DNA of 64,000 bases, taken from contig CM120642.1 in the NCBI GenBank assembly GCA_051362555.1, forward strand, positions 23,684,001-23,748,000, written 5' to 3'. The translations under genes and the position numbers were made by a program. Below the pieces are notes generated by a model that saw only the letters and a list, made by a program, of their open reading frames with translations, was not told where the DNA came from and searched no databases. This DNA comes from Lingula anatina. Its lineage: Eukaryota > Animalia > Brachiopoda. Shown here one piece after another: positions 51,295 through 64,000 of this stretch (the stretch's first letter is position 1; each line of letters begins with the position of its first letter).

Positions 51295-54200
51295 CTACTT
51301 TTTCCCTTTTCGACCACCACGTTTCCCTCTGTTGGTCCCTCGTCCACGGCCCCGCTTGGTAGGGCTCTCCACTACTACCTCATCCACTTCTTCGTGGAGA
51401 GAAGCCACAGCCTCATCTCCCTCAGACTTTTGGTCATCCGGCCTTGGACTCTCTGTCTGACCTTGACCTTCTGCCTGACCTTCTGCCTCCACGCTGTCCG
51501 CATGGCCATCTTCCTCCTGAGTGTCACTGTCAGCAGTTGAATCCAGGCAGTTATCGTCGTTGTGCTCGTGGAATTCTTTGGTGACGGAGGAGACGTTGAG
51601 GATTTGAAGCGACATCTCACTGTTGTTGGACTTGCTGTTGGTGTCATCCTGTCCCTGTGAGCCGTGCAGGTGCTTCCTTGGCTGCTGCTGGGATGCTGTG
51701 TCTTGCAATGATGTGGCCTCTGTGACCTTGGAGGGAGTGACGCTCTTGACCTTGACCCCTTTTTTGGCTAACTTATCCCGCATGGACTTCTGCAGAAATC
51801 AAATAATTGAGTTAGAGAAATGAAAAACTGTGTCAAAATATACGCCTGCACATGAAAATACTGAAAAAGTTATCTTTTCTTGAAAAATATAAATTCACGA
51901 ATTATTGGAAATCTTCCCTGCATCAATTCAAGAGAAATACAGATAGCTGCAACTGAATTAACTGAATTTTTTTTTTTTTGTCAATTAAATTTTTTTTCTT
52001 TTTGAATGACACACAAATTCCAGGCTAATCAAATCATAAATATGTACAAAAAACAGCAATAATTTGTGCAAGGCACAAAAAATGTAACATACATCACAAT
52101 GACGTTGTGTATCAGGCTCACACTATCGAGATATCAAAAGACAAAGGACCCAGAATGATCAAGGTGCAACTCACATTTGTGCGCATGCCAAATACATCAA
52201 GCTTAAGTATTTTTGTCTTGCACACTGCTGTGGCATAACAGACTTTGTATTTCCAATCCGAATATATATATATTTTAAATGTGCTTGGTAGAGTGGAAAA
52301 AACTTAATGGACTGCCTGATTGGCCCTCAAAGAAGCCCAGAAACTTACATGAAACTTTTCATAGTGTTGTTTGGACTGGCAGTGGTTCCACTTGGCAATA
52401 GCTTCATTATTGTAGAACTTATGGCACAGTTTGCAGAAGAACCCAGAGACAGGAATAACATACTCTTGGCCTACAAGAAAAGACCATATACCATTTTACA
52501 ACGTCTTTATGCCAATATTCAAAATATTGAATTAAGTTTAAATTAAAAAACATCCTCTTCCCAAAAGATAATAAATAAAATCAATATACAATGATAATAA
52601 TAATAATAAATTTGCGTATGATAAATAGTGGTAAAAACACAGATACTGCTCACCCTTTTATGATAAAAAAAAAACAAACCTTTTGGAAAAAGAAATATTT
52701 TGCATTAACTTTTTTTTTTCATCAGACATCTTTGAGTATGAACACTATTTTTTCAGAGCAACAAAATGTTAAGTTTGAGTTTAAAAAATAACAAACATTA
52801 TTAACCAAATTCCCAACATTTAACCATTTTTCTTATAAAAAATTCAAAATGGTGAAAAATATGTACCTACAAGACTGAACAAAAAAGCTGTGAAACAGAG
52901 CCAAAAAATTGAAAATAAACTCTCTTGTTTAGTGGTGTAATACCTACCAAAAGGTACTTCTGGATCATAAGCTGGAATCTCTACCTCTCCCAACGGAGAA
53001 CTCAATACAGTGGCTTCTGTCACTGGGGTCTGAAATGGGTCACACATCATAAAAATTAAACAAGAGTTATTACACTGATGACATGCATGTTTAAATGTAC
53101 CTGTGCATGTATGCATGCATTCCTGTGACAGAAAAAAAGTGTATCCCAAGAATGTTTTAATTTGCCCAGGTGAAGCTCTGGACAGAGTTTTTGTCCATCA
53201 GCAAAATGAATACTTTGGTTAGACATGGAACTTTACCTTAAAGGGATAATAACTCTTCGTATGAGATCTATATTTCACAATAAAAACATTGTGAATAACA
53301 ATGAATTGTGATTATATAACTAAATATAACATATTCTATTTTACCATAAAAACGGCAGTTATAGCTATTATTCTGATATCTGAGCTTGTCTTTAGACCAT
53401 GTGACCTCCACTGATGGCTTACAAAAAACCAAACTTTTTAGAAAAAAACGAGGGACTAACTTTGAATGTAAAAATGGATTCATTAACCATTGGTAAGCAT
53501 GGGAAAATTGTTGTTTACTCCAGGAAAATTCATTTTTTGGCCGAAACGAAGAGTTATTATCCCTTTAAGATTGATGTACCTTTAGATCAACACTTATAAA
53601 CAAAATTCTCAATTTATTATTTACTACCCAACACATTTCCACAACAAAGATATTTAATTATTTTCATTCACAAGCAAATAGTTTGGAATAAATTGACAGG
53701 TCCATGTTATGATGGTCAGCAAAATATCTTTCTAGGACATCCCTATCTATCAATTCGGTGATTATTTAATTCTTTCACCCAGGAGACACACCACTACACA
53801 CAACACACACACAGAAAGCATAGAAACGGACCCATTACCTCCTCAGCAGCTTCTACGCCAGGTGTTTGATCTACTTCCTGCTTAGGTGAGTCTACTTTAG
53901 CCAACTGAAATCCAGGACATCTTATTAGACACACCAACCACTAGCTATGGTGAAGTATTAAAATCACTGCAATTGTTTCCCAAAATAAAGTACTTGTGGG
54001 CTCACCCTAGCATGTCTATTTATTCCTATTTGTTGTCAATGTGTAACATAGCATATTGTGTAACATAGCATATTGTGTAACATGTGTTTGTATAAAAGGA
54101 ATTTTGAAAAATTCACAGGAACTGACAATTTTTTCACTTATACAGTAAGAATAAATAAGATTCTAGTGTAAGCCCATAGAAAGTGATGTAATCAAATCAC

Positions 54201-57200
54201 AGCAACAGTTGAGATTTATGTAAAAAAAAATGTCAGTTGAAGGAAAAAAGTCATTTTCAATGAACTATAACAGAAACATTTCACTGGTGGGGGCTAGTAT
54301 CATCTATACAAGCCAGGAAAAAGCAGAGTAGCAATAGCATCCATCACTTCAACAAGATTCAATTTCATACAAACTCCACCTCCATTCCCGTCTTATTTCA
54401 CATAAAATTTCAGTCCAAACATTCGGTTTACTTCAGGTAAAGATAAACACACTGTGTATGTGTTTATATACCCATATTTTTTCTGTTATAAAACAAGTGC
54501 AGTATTTTATAGGACTATTACTGATCCATCGTGTAAAAAAGAGGGAGCAAATTTTAATCCAAAAGAAAAGTCCTGATTTCAGGCTGAAGCTATTTTGTGA
54601 AATGGGTCCCAATTGTCACTGAAAATGACCAATTTTCCACAGAAATAAAGAAATTAACAAAACAACCATTTCATTTAAAGCAGGTCTTACCAAAATGTGC
54701 AAGAATATGTTACATGGTGCTATGAATGGAAAATATGATTTAAAACACAATTAATACAAAAACAAGCCCCCAATAAGTATCTTTCATATCCAAAATAAGG
54801 ATGTCCCGAGCAGTTGTCTAGCCAATCAGAGATTGCAGGATGAATACTATTTGTAGCACAAGTATGGCAAGATATTTAAAAAAGCTGTTTTTTTTAAAAC
54901 TTAAATTGATCTCGAAATGTATTTTCTAAACTGATTTATTTTAGGCATGCCCTGAGGTGGAATTTATGAAAAAATAGGCAAAGTTTCAGGGAAAATCATT
55001 TCTTTGCTTTGTAACCCTCTAAATCAGTAAGACCTGCTTTAAACATTTACATGCAACCACAATCACATCTAAGAAAGTAACCCATACTGAAAATCACAAG
55101 AAGTATACCTTGTCTGTTTTTATAGGTTTGGGATCTACAGGTTTGGTTTCAGGGACCTCAGGACTTTTAGCACCATCTGCTTCTTCTTTTGCCTACATAA
55201 AAATTTCTTTTTAAATGAAAAAACTTGACATAGGAAAAAAAATTATCATGAATAACAGAATTTTTCATAAATGTTTTAACCCCATAGAGCCCGTCACCGC
55301 ATATGTGCGGTTCAATTATCGCTTACCCCAAAAGCCCAGAACCGCATATGTGCGTATCTTGGAAAGATCGGCTTCTGTACTATTTTGTATCGTGAGTCAT
55401 GAAATGATATATAGTTTCACATCCAGGTATGTTTCTTGTCTCTCATTGCCACCATTTTTAAAGGCGATAGAAATATATTTGAGCAAGAAAACGGTGATTT
55501 TCAAGACTTAGTTGGAGAAAGTAAACTCAAGATGGCGGCTCCTCGCTACGGTAGGGACCTGCGAAGGGATACTGTTATTGAAATGATTGAAAACCCGGAC
55601 TTTGATGAGAAGTTTTCGTGTGACAGTGACATAGACAGTGACGATGATATTCATTTATTTATGATATAAAGGACGATAGAAATATTAATGAGCGAGAAAT
55701 CGGCGGTTTTCTAGACTTAGCTGGAGAAAGTAAAATCAAAATGGCGACTTCTCACTACGGAACGGGCCTGCGAATGGATACTGTTATTGAAATGATTAGA
55801 AACTCTGACACTGACAAGGTGTTTTCGAGTGACAGTGATATAGACAGTGGCGATGATATTCATTTATTTATGATATAAGTTTTGTAGATGTTTTTGTCAT
55901 AGATGGTGTTAAAATTTGACTTCTATTCAGCCACGATGTTCAGGTGAGCTGAAAAGCTGGCTCAAGTATACCTGATAGCAAAACGAGCATAACTTGGAAA
56001 TTAATGGAGGTAACTTGCTGAAATTTTCTGGATTGAAAGTTACTATAATTGGCATCATCTCTGTGAATTTTCAGGCAAATGTATGAAGAAATAAAAAATT
56101 ATTGTGCATAAGATAAATCAACTTTGTTTTATTTCGCCCATTACCAAATGAAAGTGTTGTTTTTAACCGGTCATAACTCTTGATACTGCATGTTGAATTT
56201 AAATGTAGTTATATTTTCATTTAGATTGAAATATTGGCTTTTTAAAAATGTATACTTTGTATGGGTAATAAAGGCAAACAAATAAATTATGGCCAATTTA
56301 CTGAGGTGACCCGGCTTTTCAAGGCTAGCTCACAAAATTAATTGGGCACAGCAGAACTTTATGGGTCAGCATTAACCGGATCCTATGGGGTTAAGTATGC
56401 TGAAACCCTAAAATGCACCATTTTCGAAGCTAGAAGATTCCCACCTAACTTTCAATTTTACAAACTATCACAAAGAAGTGCTCAATAACATTATCATGTT
56501 CGCCAACCTAACTCACATCAGCAAAGATTCCAGTGGCATCAACTGTTAAAAAGCCCCCATCATCATTACCATCTTCTTTCTCCTTCTCTTTTTTGGCTGC
56601 CAGTTCTTTCTGAAGATCTGCCTTTTTCTGCAAAAATAAAAAATATCCACTTATTGTATGTAAACAAGCATCCCTGCTAAAATTGCCTTTTATACCCATC
56701 TTGAAAATATATAACTTGATATCATTTTACAACGTCACAATGCCATTCTTCTCTGGCCCAAATTAATTGAGAGTCAGCGTCAACGCAATACTTAAAGTGT
56801 TTGGCCACAACAATTAAAAACTTTACAGAGACACACCTGCTGATGTTCAATAGAACTACAATGACGGACAAAACTCTTAGGCGATTTGAACCTCCTATCG
56901 CAAGCCACACAGTGTGCTCTTTGCCGATATTTGTTCATCTGAAATTATACAAATTGAGGAGAGATTCAATACCTTCTTGTGGCCACCCGAGTCTAAATGT
57001 TTCACATATTCTGGGTACGTATCAAAGGATTCCACTTTGCACAGGATACAGCCCTTGTTGGTGAGACGGGACTTCCTCTGAAACAAAACATCCACATCAT
57101 GTAACACAGCCTCCATCTAACAACCATAAATGGTCAAAATATGGACCAGCCCCCACCAGTGAAACGTTTCATGTGGACAAAAACAGCTTATCGTTTAAAA

Positions 57201-57261
57201 ACATTCCACAGAAAAAATATTGAAACTTATTCTGGTATGATCATTCAATTGATACATGCCT

Positions 57262-57316
<55 letters not shown>

Positions 57317-60300
57317 AGTAAAACCACTTGGATTACCTTGTGCTCTGCACTTCGCATGTGACCCAGTTTGCTGCCAGAAAATTTGTGGCTACAGATATTA
57401 CAAAAGTCTGAGTCACTGCAATAGAAAAAAAACATAATACAATAGTTGAATACAACATTAAAATAAACAGAACAAAATACTTCATACACAGTGATGCTAT
57501 AAATTCTATATTATATTAACCCCAGTATTCAAAAGTAACAGATTTTGAACTTTGATTGATAAACATTTAACAACTAACAAGGCAGCAAAGCTGTCAAATG
57601 TACAGACAAAAAAACAGAAAATAAATTTTCACAAAAAACTGTTAAATTGCCAGAAAAATTTACCAAACAGACTGCATTGCCTATTGAAGCTGTATGTTAG
57701 ACCCATGTTTCTTTCCTGTAAGTTTGAGAACAGTAAGTGACATGATTTCCCTTAAATGGTCATCATAGGAGCAGTGCCCAAAATAGGTGTTTCTTCAAAT
57801 TTTGATGCAACATTACATAATGTTGAACAGCATGATGACAATCAAATGTTATTAATAAAATATTAGTAACATGGACATTCAGAAAATGTGACAAGCAAAA
57901 GTCTTCAGGATCATGGAACTTTAAAGTCACACCTTGTAAATGCCAATATGTGAAAAATTAAATTTTCACAAAAAACTGTTTAACTGCCAAAAAAAACAAG
58001 GCAGCAAAGCTGTCAAATGTACAGACAAAAAACAGAAAATAAAGATGCAAAAAAGGTCATTTTGTCAATTTTCATGCAATAATAAATAATGCTTATAATA
58101 GCACTGTCAGTCAACACTGAATTTTAATCTTGCACAACAGGTAACATGGTCAATAACAGGAGCAGACCCAGAGATATTTTCTGACAGTATTACAAAGTAT
58201 CTATGTCTTCCAACAGAAAAAAATAGATACCAGTCAATATAAACTTAATAACCTGACTGTCTTCCGGAAGACCCAGAAGATGGTCTCAATCCACCCCTTC
58301 AATAAGATTACAGTTTCAGGACCATGAGAGTTCAAATTCACATTATGAAAGTCTCAATATTTGAAAAATGATGACAGTGCATAAAATAATATTACATAAT
58401 GTTTAAAGACATAAAAGACAATACAACTGCTTATGTAGAAATACAGAAAATGTGCAGAGCCCCAGGCAGATGAGAGTTAAAAGTCACAAATGCAAGTGTT
58501 TGAGAAAAAATTATAAAGGAAAACAACAAAACTAGAAAAGCACTTTGAGAGTGCAGACCTCTGCCAAGGCAGCAATTGTTGATTATTATTGATAATTGAT
58601 TGATTATTGATCCGGACCACCACCAAAAATTAATCATTGTCCTCTTTGGCCCACTTCCGACAGTTCCTGAAAATTTCTGCAAAATCGGTCCATAACTTTT
58701 TGTGTTATGTGGATGACAGACAAACAGGGGTGAAAATATAACCCCCTTGGCAGAGCTTGAGGTAAATATAATTCCAATGAAGATGCTATTCAAACTTTTA
58801 ATCTCTCAGTTTGATATACTTATTTTCAATATTAAACAAAATTTACCTGCATAATTATCACTGCTTCCTTATTATTAATCTAGCAGAGAGCTTTACCTTT
58901 GGGAGTTTACAGGGAAATATCAACAAGTGTGCTTTACGTAATCTCATTTAATGGCCTATTAAAGCAAATGACTTTATAACTCTGAAATTAATCTAGTGAT
59001 ACCCAAGGGTAATTTACAGACTGACCCACTCAAGGTCTTCAGGCCCATAAGTCGCACCTTAAGAAAAGCACAAAACCATAATGCCCAAAATAGGAGACTA
59101 CCAATCCTGATGCAATAATACATTATGTTTAACTGCACAGTCAACATCAACTTATGCACAACAGGTAACACAGACGAAGGTAAAAGCATAAAGCTCCAGG
59201 CCCATCAGAGATCAAGTTTATACTTAGAAAGTGCCAGAATGAGAAAAATGAAAATTTCACAAAAAATGCATAAATACAATAAACATGATAATCCAATAGA
59301 GCTGGTTTTCTCATGAGCTGAAGGCCAATCCTAAAAATCGTACTTGTAAGTTTAAAATTATAATAAGTAGCACAGTTTTCTTTTCATAATGTTTGCAGTA
59401 GCAGTGCAAAAAGATTGTTGTCAATTTTGATGTAACATTACATAATAAATTAGAGAATAATTATCACCAATTTTTGTTTATTGACTATAAATAGGATGGA
59501 CATGTAGAAAATATGATTACCATTTGGCTTCATGTCCATGGGAGCTCCGAGTCCCACAATGAATATGCCAAAAAGATAATGAATATTACACTAAAATGTA
59601 TAACTTCCAGAAAAAGAAGCCAATTTGACTGCTTTTCTAACTCAGGCTGCATTTTAGTCCTGTGTTTCTTTTTTGAAAGTTTGACAGTCATAAGTAACAC
59701 GGTTTTCCCATAATGGTCATCAAGGCAGCAGCACCAAAAATTGTGTTTTCTTCTATTTTGATGCAACATTACATAATGCTTAAAAGCATACTGACCATCG
59801 ATTTTTAAAAATAAAATATAAGTGTCATGGATTTTCAGAAAATGTGACTAGCATGGGTCTTCAAGCCCGTGGAGGTCCTAAGTCACACCTTGGAAATGCC
59901 AATATGTGAAAAATTAAATTTTCACAAAAAACTGTTTAATTGCCAGAAAAATTTACCAAACAGACTGCATTGCCTACTGAAGCTGTATTTTAGTCCCATG
60001 TTTCTTTCCTGTAAGTTTGAGAACAGTAAGTGACATGATTTTCCTTAAATGGTCATCATGAGAGCAGTGCCCAAAATAGGGGTTTCTTCAAATTTTGATG
60101 CAATATTACATAACGTTTTACAGCATAATGACCATCAATTTGTAATTATAAAATATTAGTATCATGGTTATTCAGAAAATGTAACTAGCAAAAGTCTTCA
60201 GGCCCATGGAACTTCAAAGTCACATATTGAAAATGCCAAAATGTAAACAAGACAGCACTGTTCTGAAATGGGTTTATTTCCATTTTTAACACTTTTTTAA

Positions 60301-63300
60301 CATAAAACAAAATAAACAGTTTACTGCCATTTTTTTTATGACCAATGAAGAAAATTGATGAGATGGGAAAAGTATCAATAGAACAGTGTTAAATGTCCAA
60401 CTTCCTCCATTCTGAGATTCTGAACATAGTGGATGAATGCATCTGACAAACTGCAATGATATGAGTTTATTTCCATTTTTGACACTTTATTACACAATAC
60501 ATGATAACAAGTTTACCATCATTTTTACAAAATCAACTAACAATGTTGTAAAGATGCAGGAAATGTCAAACAAACACTTTTACGTATCTTATTAGTTCAA
60601 TAATGAGACTGTTAACATGCCTAAGAATTGAATGTGAGGAAATGTGAAAAAACAGCATAACTTCTAAAATAATGGACTGATTATGCTGATTTTCAAACTC
60701 AACCTGCGTTTTAGTAAGATTGGCCCCTCCTGTGAGTATAATGACAATTGGCCAATCTGTTTTTCTTATATTGTGTTATCAGTGTTGCATATATACTGAA
60801 AAAAGTGAAAAAAAACAGCATAAATTCCCTATAAGTGACCCGATCATGCTGATTTTCGAACTTGGCCTGCGTATTATGAATATTCATCAGTTCTGTAAGT
60901 TTCAAGCCAAAAGGTAAAATGGTTTTCCACTTATTGTGTTATCGGTGCTGCATATATGCTGAAAAAGTGAAAAAACAGCATAAATTCCCTAAAAATGGCC
61001 CAATCATGCTGATTTTCGAACTTGACCTGCGTATTAAGAATTTTCATCAGTTCTGTAAGTTTCAAGCCAAAAGGTAAAATGGTTTTCCACTTATTGTGTT
61101 ATCGGTGCTGCATATATGCTGAAAAAGTGAAAAAACAGCATAAATTCCCTAAAAGTGACCCGATCATGCTGATTTTCGAACTCGACCTGCGTATTATGAA
61201 TATTCATCAGTTCTGTAAGTTTCAAATCAAAAGGCAAAATGGTGTTCCACTTATCGTGTTATCGGTAAAAGTGCACGGCGACGGCGACGACGGCGACGAC
61301 AGACGCAGATGATGGCTATATGTACAGACACATCTGTGTCTGTACATAAAAATAAGAAAAAAAAAATACCAAACAGACTGCATTGCCTACTGAAGCTGTA
61401 TTTTAGTCCCAGGTTTCTTTCCTGTAAGTTTGAGAACAGTAAGTGACATGATTTTCCTTAAATGGTCATCATGGAAGCAGTGCCCAAAATAGGGGTTTCT
61501 TCAAATTTTGATGCAATATTACATAATGTTTAACAACTTAATGACCATCAATTTTTAATTATAAAATATTTGTATCACAGATATTCAGAAAATGTGACTA
61601 GCAAAGGTCTTCAGGCCCATGGAACTTCAAAGTCACACCTTGAAAATGCCAAAATGTAAACAAGACAGCACTGTTCTGAAATGGGTTTATTTCCATTTTT
61701 AACACTTTTTTAACATAAAACAAAATAAACATTTTACTGCCATTTTTATATGACCAACTAAGAAAATTGATGAGATGGGAAAACTATCAATAGAACAGTG
61801 TTAAATGTCCAATTTCCTCCATTCTGAGATTCTGAACATAGTGGATGATTGAATCTGACAAACTGCAATGATATGAGTTTATTTCCATTTTTGACACTTT
61901 ATTACACAATACATGATAACAAGTTTACCATGTTTTTTACATAATCAACTAACAATGTTGTAAAGATGCAGGAAATATCAAACAAACACTTTTAGGCATC
62001 TTATTAGTTAAATAATGAGACTGTTAACATGCCTAATAATTGAATCTGAAGACATGTGAAAAAACAGTATAACTTCTAAAATAATGGCCCGATTATGCTG
62101 ATTTTCGAACTCATCCTGCGTTTTAGTAAGATTGACCACTCCTGTGAGTATAATTACAATTGGCCAATCCGTTTTTCTTATATTGTGCTATCAGTGTTGC
62201 ATTTATATTGAAAATAGTGAATAAACAGCATAAATTCCCTAAAAATGGCCCAATCATGCTGATTTTCGAACTTGACCTGCGTATTATGAATATTCATCAG
62301 TTCTGTAAGTTTCAAGTCAAAAGGTAAAATGGTTTTCTACTTATCGTGTTATCGGTGCTGCATATATGCTGAAAAAAGTGAAAAAACAGCATAAATTCCC
62401 TAAAAGTGACCCAATCATGCTGATTTTCGAACTCGACCTGCGTATTATGAATATTCATCAGTTCTGTAAGTTTCAAGTCAAAAGGTAAAATGGTTTTCCA
62501 CTTATCGTGTTATCGGTGCTGCATATATGCTGAAAAAAGTGAAAAAACAGCATAAATTCCCTAAAAGTGACCCGATCATGCTGATTTTCGAACTTGACCT
62601 GCGTATTATGAATATTCATCAGTTCTGTAAGTTTCAAGTCAAAAGGTAAAAGGTTTTCCACTTATCGTGTTATCGGTGCTGCATATATGCTGAAAAAAGT
62701 GAAAAAAACAGCATAAATTCCCTAAAAGTGACCCGATCATGCTGATTTTCGAACTTGACCTGCGTATTATGAATATTCATCAGTTCTGCAAGTTTCAAGT
62801 CAAAAGGTAAAATGGTTTTCCACTTATCATGTTATCGGTAAAAGTGCACGGCGACGACGGCGACGACAGACGCAGATGATGGCTATATGTACAGACACAT
62901 CTGTGTCTGTACATAAAAAGACGTGTTCTGTCATTTTTTTCACTCACTCTTGTTCAATCTGTCGCAGTTTTTGTTCCGCTTGAGCACGCGCCATGTTGTT
63001 TGGCCATGGTTGCTGCTGCTGCTGCTGTTTGGTCATGTTAACATGCTGTGACATGTTCACTACATCGGCCAGACGAGCCTTGTGTTGCTGGCTTTGCATG
63101 TGTTTGGTAAATTTCTGGAATAATTAAATCAAAAGGTTTGTTAATTTTCCATTTAACAGCTTTAAAAGACAGTAAATGAGTGCTCACAAGTCTCAGTATG
63201 TTCCATCAGGTTCGGAATCAAAACCCTTAAATTACTCAAGAGAGTTATATGGAAATAAATACATATGCACACGTCTTAACATTTCTTCCTTTAACAGAAC

Positions 63301-63686
63301 TGTGATAAAATTGACCACTATACACTGGTAATTTACAGGCCTGGGCTGTTAATACAAGTCCTGGCACATATTACCTCCTGGTTCTGGCATGGCACTCCGC
63401 ACACATGGCAATGAAACTTTCCCTGCCCCTCTGACTGAAACACAGAACATCAACAAAAATTAAGTAAATTCTACAAGAACTTCAACATATACTCCCTCCC
63501 CTGTAATTTTCAATGCTACAACTAAAATACTTCTACGAATACAAATTTTTTTATTTTTTTTTTTTGCCAAGAAATATATAGTAAGAATGCTGCTGTTAAT
63601 TTTCTTTCCAATGTTATATAACTTTTTGAGTTTATTCTGTTACCTAATAGAGAAACAAAGGCAAAATATTACCTCTTTGGCAAAGG

Positions 63687-63719
<33 letters not shown>

Positions 63720-63863
63720 TGGTGCCTCTAATCAACTCACCTTACTGTCCTTGGCTGCCTCTCTGTTAGGGATGGTCACTTTGAGATCTCCTGCTGCACT
63801 GACCTCTCTCTTACTCAACTGACCGCTATGACGTCTCTTATCTCCAGCACGGGGTTGGTCCTC
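51295..63863 (-). CDS. Matrin/U1-type multi-zinc-finger nuclear protein (Pep/CIZ1/Matrin-3/ZNF638-like), 5' end beyond the window
   Basis: Phase-consistent exons 63863-63741, 63434-63375, 63114-62948, 57415-57337, 57077-56973, 56938-56837, 56627-56517, 55192-55109, 53904-53839, 53029-52948, 52470-52349 and 51789-51295. Five fingers (CHVC..HMQSQQH; CNIC..HMRSAEH; CILC..HLDSGGH; CVAC..HCSSIEH; [27 protein letters not shown]...HCQSKQH), an FLTVDATG motif, an acidic tail and an RG/RGG-rich C-terminus; AATAAA at ~50905. Confidence 0.88.
53242..53564. mobile_element. Kolobok-like MITE (TTAA TSD), intronic
   Basis: Inverted copy of 11340-11674 with the same TIRs. Confidence 0.8.
54679..55038. mobile_element. 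Kolobok-like MITE (TTAA TSD)
   Basis: TTAA|AGCAGGTCTTAC...GTAAGACCTGCT|TTAA. Confidence 0.75.
55280..56390 (+). mobile_element. piggyBac-like non-autonomous element
   Basis: TTAA|CCCCATAG...CTATGGGG|TTAA; subterminal repeat ACCGCATATGTGCG x2; two tandem ~210-bp copies of an acidic transposase-like N-terminus ([10 protein letters not shown]...SDIDSDDD). Confidence 0.75.
57264..57314. repeat. (TA)n microsatellite
   Basis: Directly visible. Confidence 0.95.
57576..62918 (+). mobile_element. Two nested HINE/Helentron-like elements (outer 57576-62918, inner ~57994-61352) with ~160-bp satellite-like arrays, inside a zinc-finger gene intron
   Basis: Two 5' ends AACAAGGCAGCAAAGCTG (57576, 57994) and two 3' ends with the perfect hairpin TATGTACAGACAC-ATCT-GTGTCTGTACATA (~61318-61348, ~62886-62915); arrays at 60650-61265 and 62060-62840. 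Confidence 0.8.
58529..58765 (+). mobile_element. Short HINE-like element nested in the inner HINE
   Basis: AACTAGAAAAGCACT...CTCTGCCAAGG subterminal repeat inverted with CCTTGGCAGAG near the 3' end; GACAGACAAAC micro-repeat. Confidence 0.65.
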
Positions 63864-64000
63864 CTATAAAACACAAACAAAACAGCACTGAATATACTGG
63901 GAGAACTGCAATGGTGGCAGTCAAATTAAAAAAATTCATATCGGGTTACTTGTTCACATTTACTTCTCACTTTTGAGGCTGAACTCTAAGTAATGACCCC

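Noticed and set aside
60650-62840. Regularly spaced repeats resembling a CRISPR array
   Set aside because: Whole ~160-bp units are repeated with no unique spacers and no cas genes; this is the core array of a HINE-like element in a eukaryotic intron.
63964-64000. Further exon of the zinc-finger gene at the window edge
   Set aside because: Both candidate donors give an in-frame stop in the required phase.

Overview
AT-rich, intron- and transposon-dense invertebrate (probably lophotrochozoan/mollusc-like) nuclear DNA; not prokaryotic, with no rRNA, tRNA or CRISPR seen. Five genes are supported. (1) A minus-strand hillarin/KY/LTD-1-like transglutaminase-fold gene runs off the left edge. (2) An intronless DHHC palmitoyltransferase (ZDHHC24-like) follows. 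(3,4) A tandem pair of apparently cytosolic NAL1/Ssy5-type trypsin-like serine proteases with intact His-Asp-Ser triads arises from a segmental duplication (~10245-31105 and ~34525-47230). (5) A minus-strand matrin/U1-type multi-zinc-finger gene runs off the right edge. The protease pair is the most interesting part: the N-termini are built from short, mostly symmetric micro-exons that differ in number, paralog differences outside the catalytic core are mostly non-synonymous, and one micro-exon was knocked out by a Tc1 insertion into its splice acceptor. The rest is nested DNA transposons (Helentron/HINE-like, Harbinger-, Kolobok-, piggyBac- and hAT-like MITEs, Tc1), Penelope and LINE remnants, plus a strong excess of TACATGTA, which matches a Tc1 excision footprint. 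Exon models were read by eye from splice signals and frame continuity.
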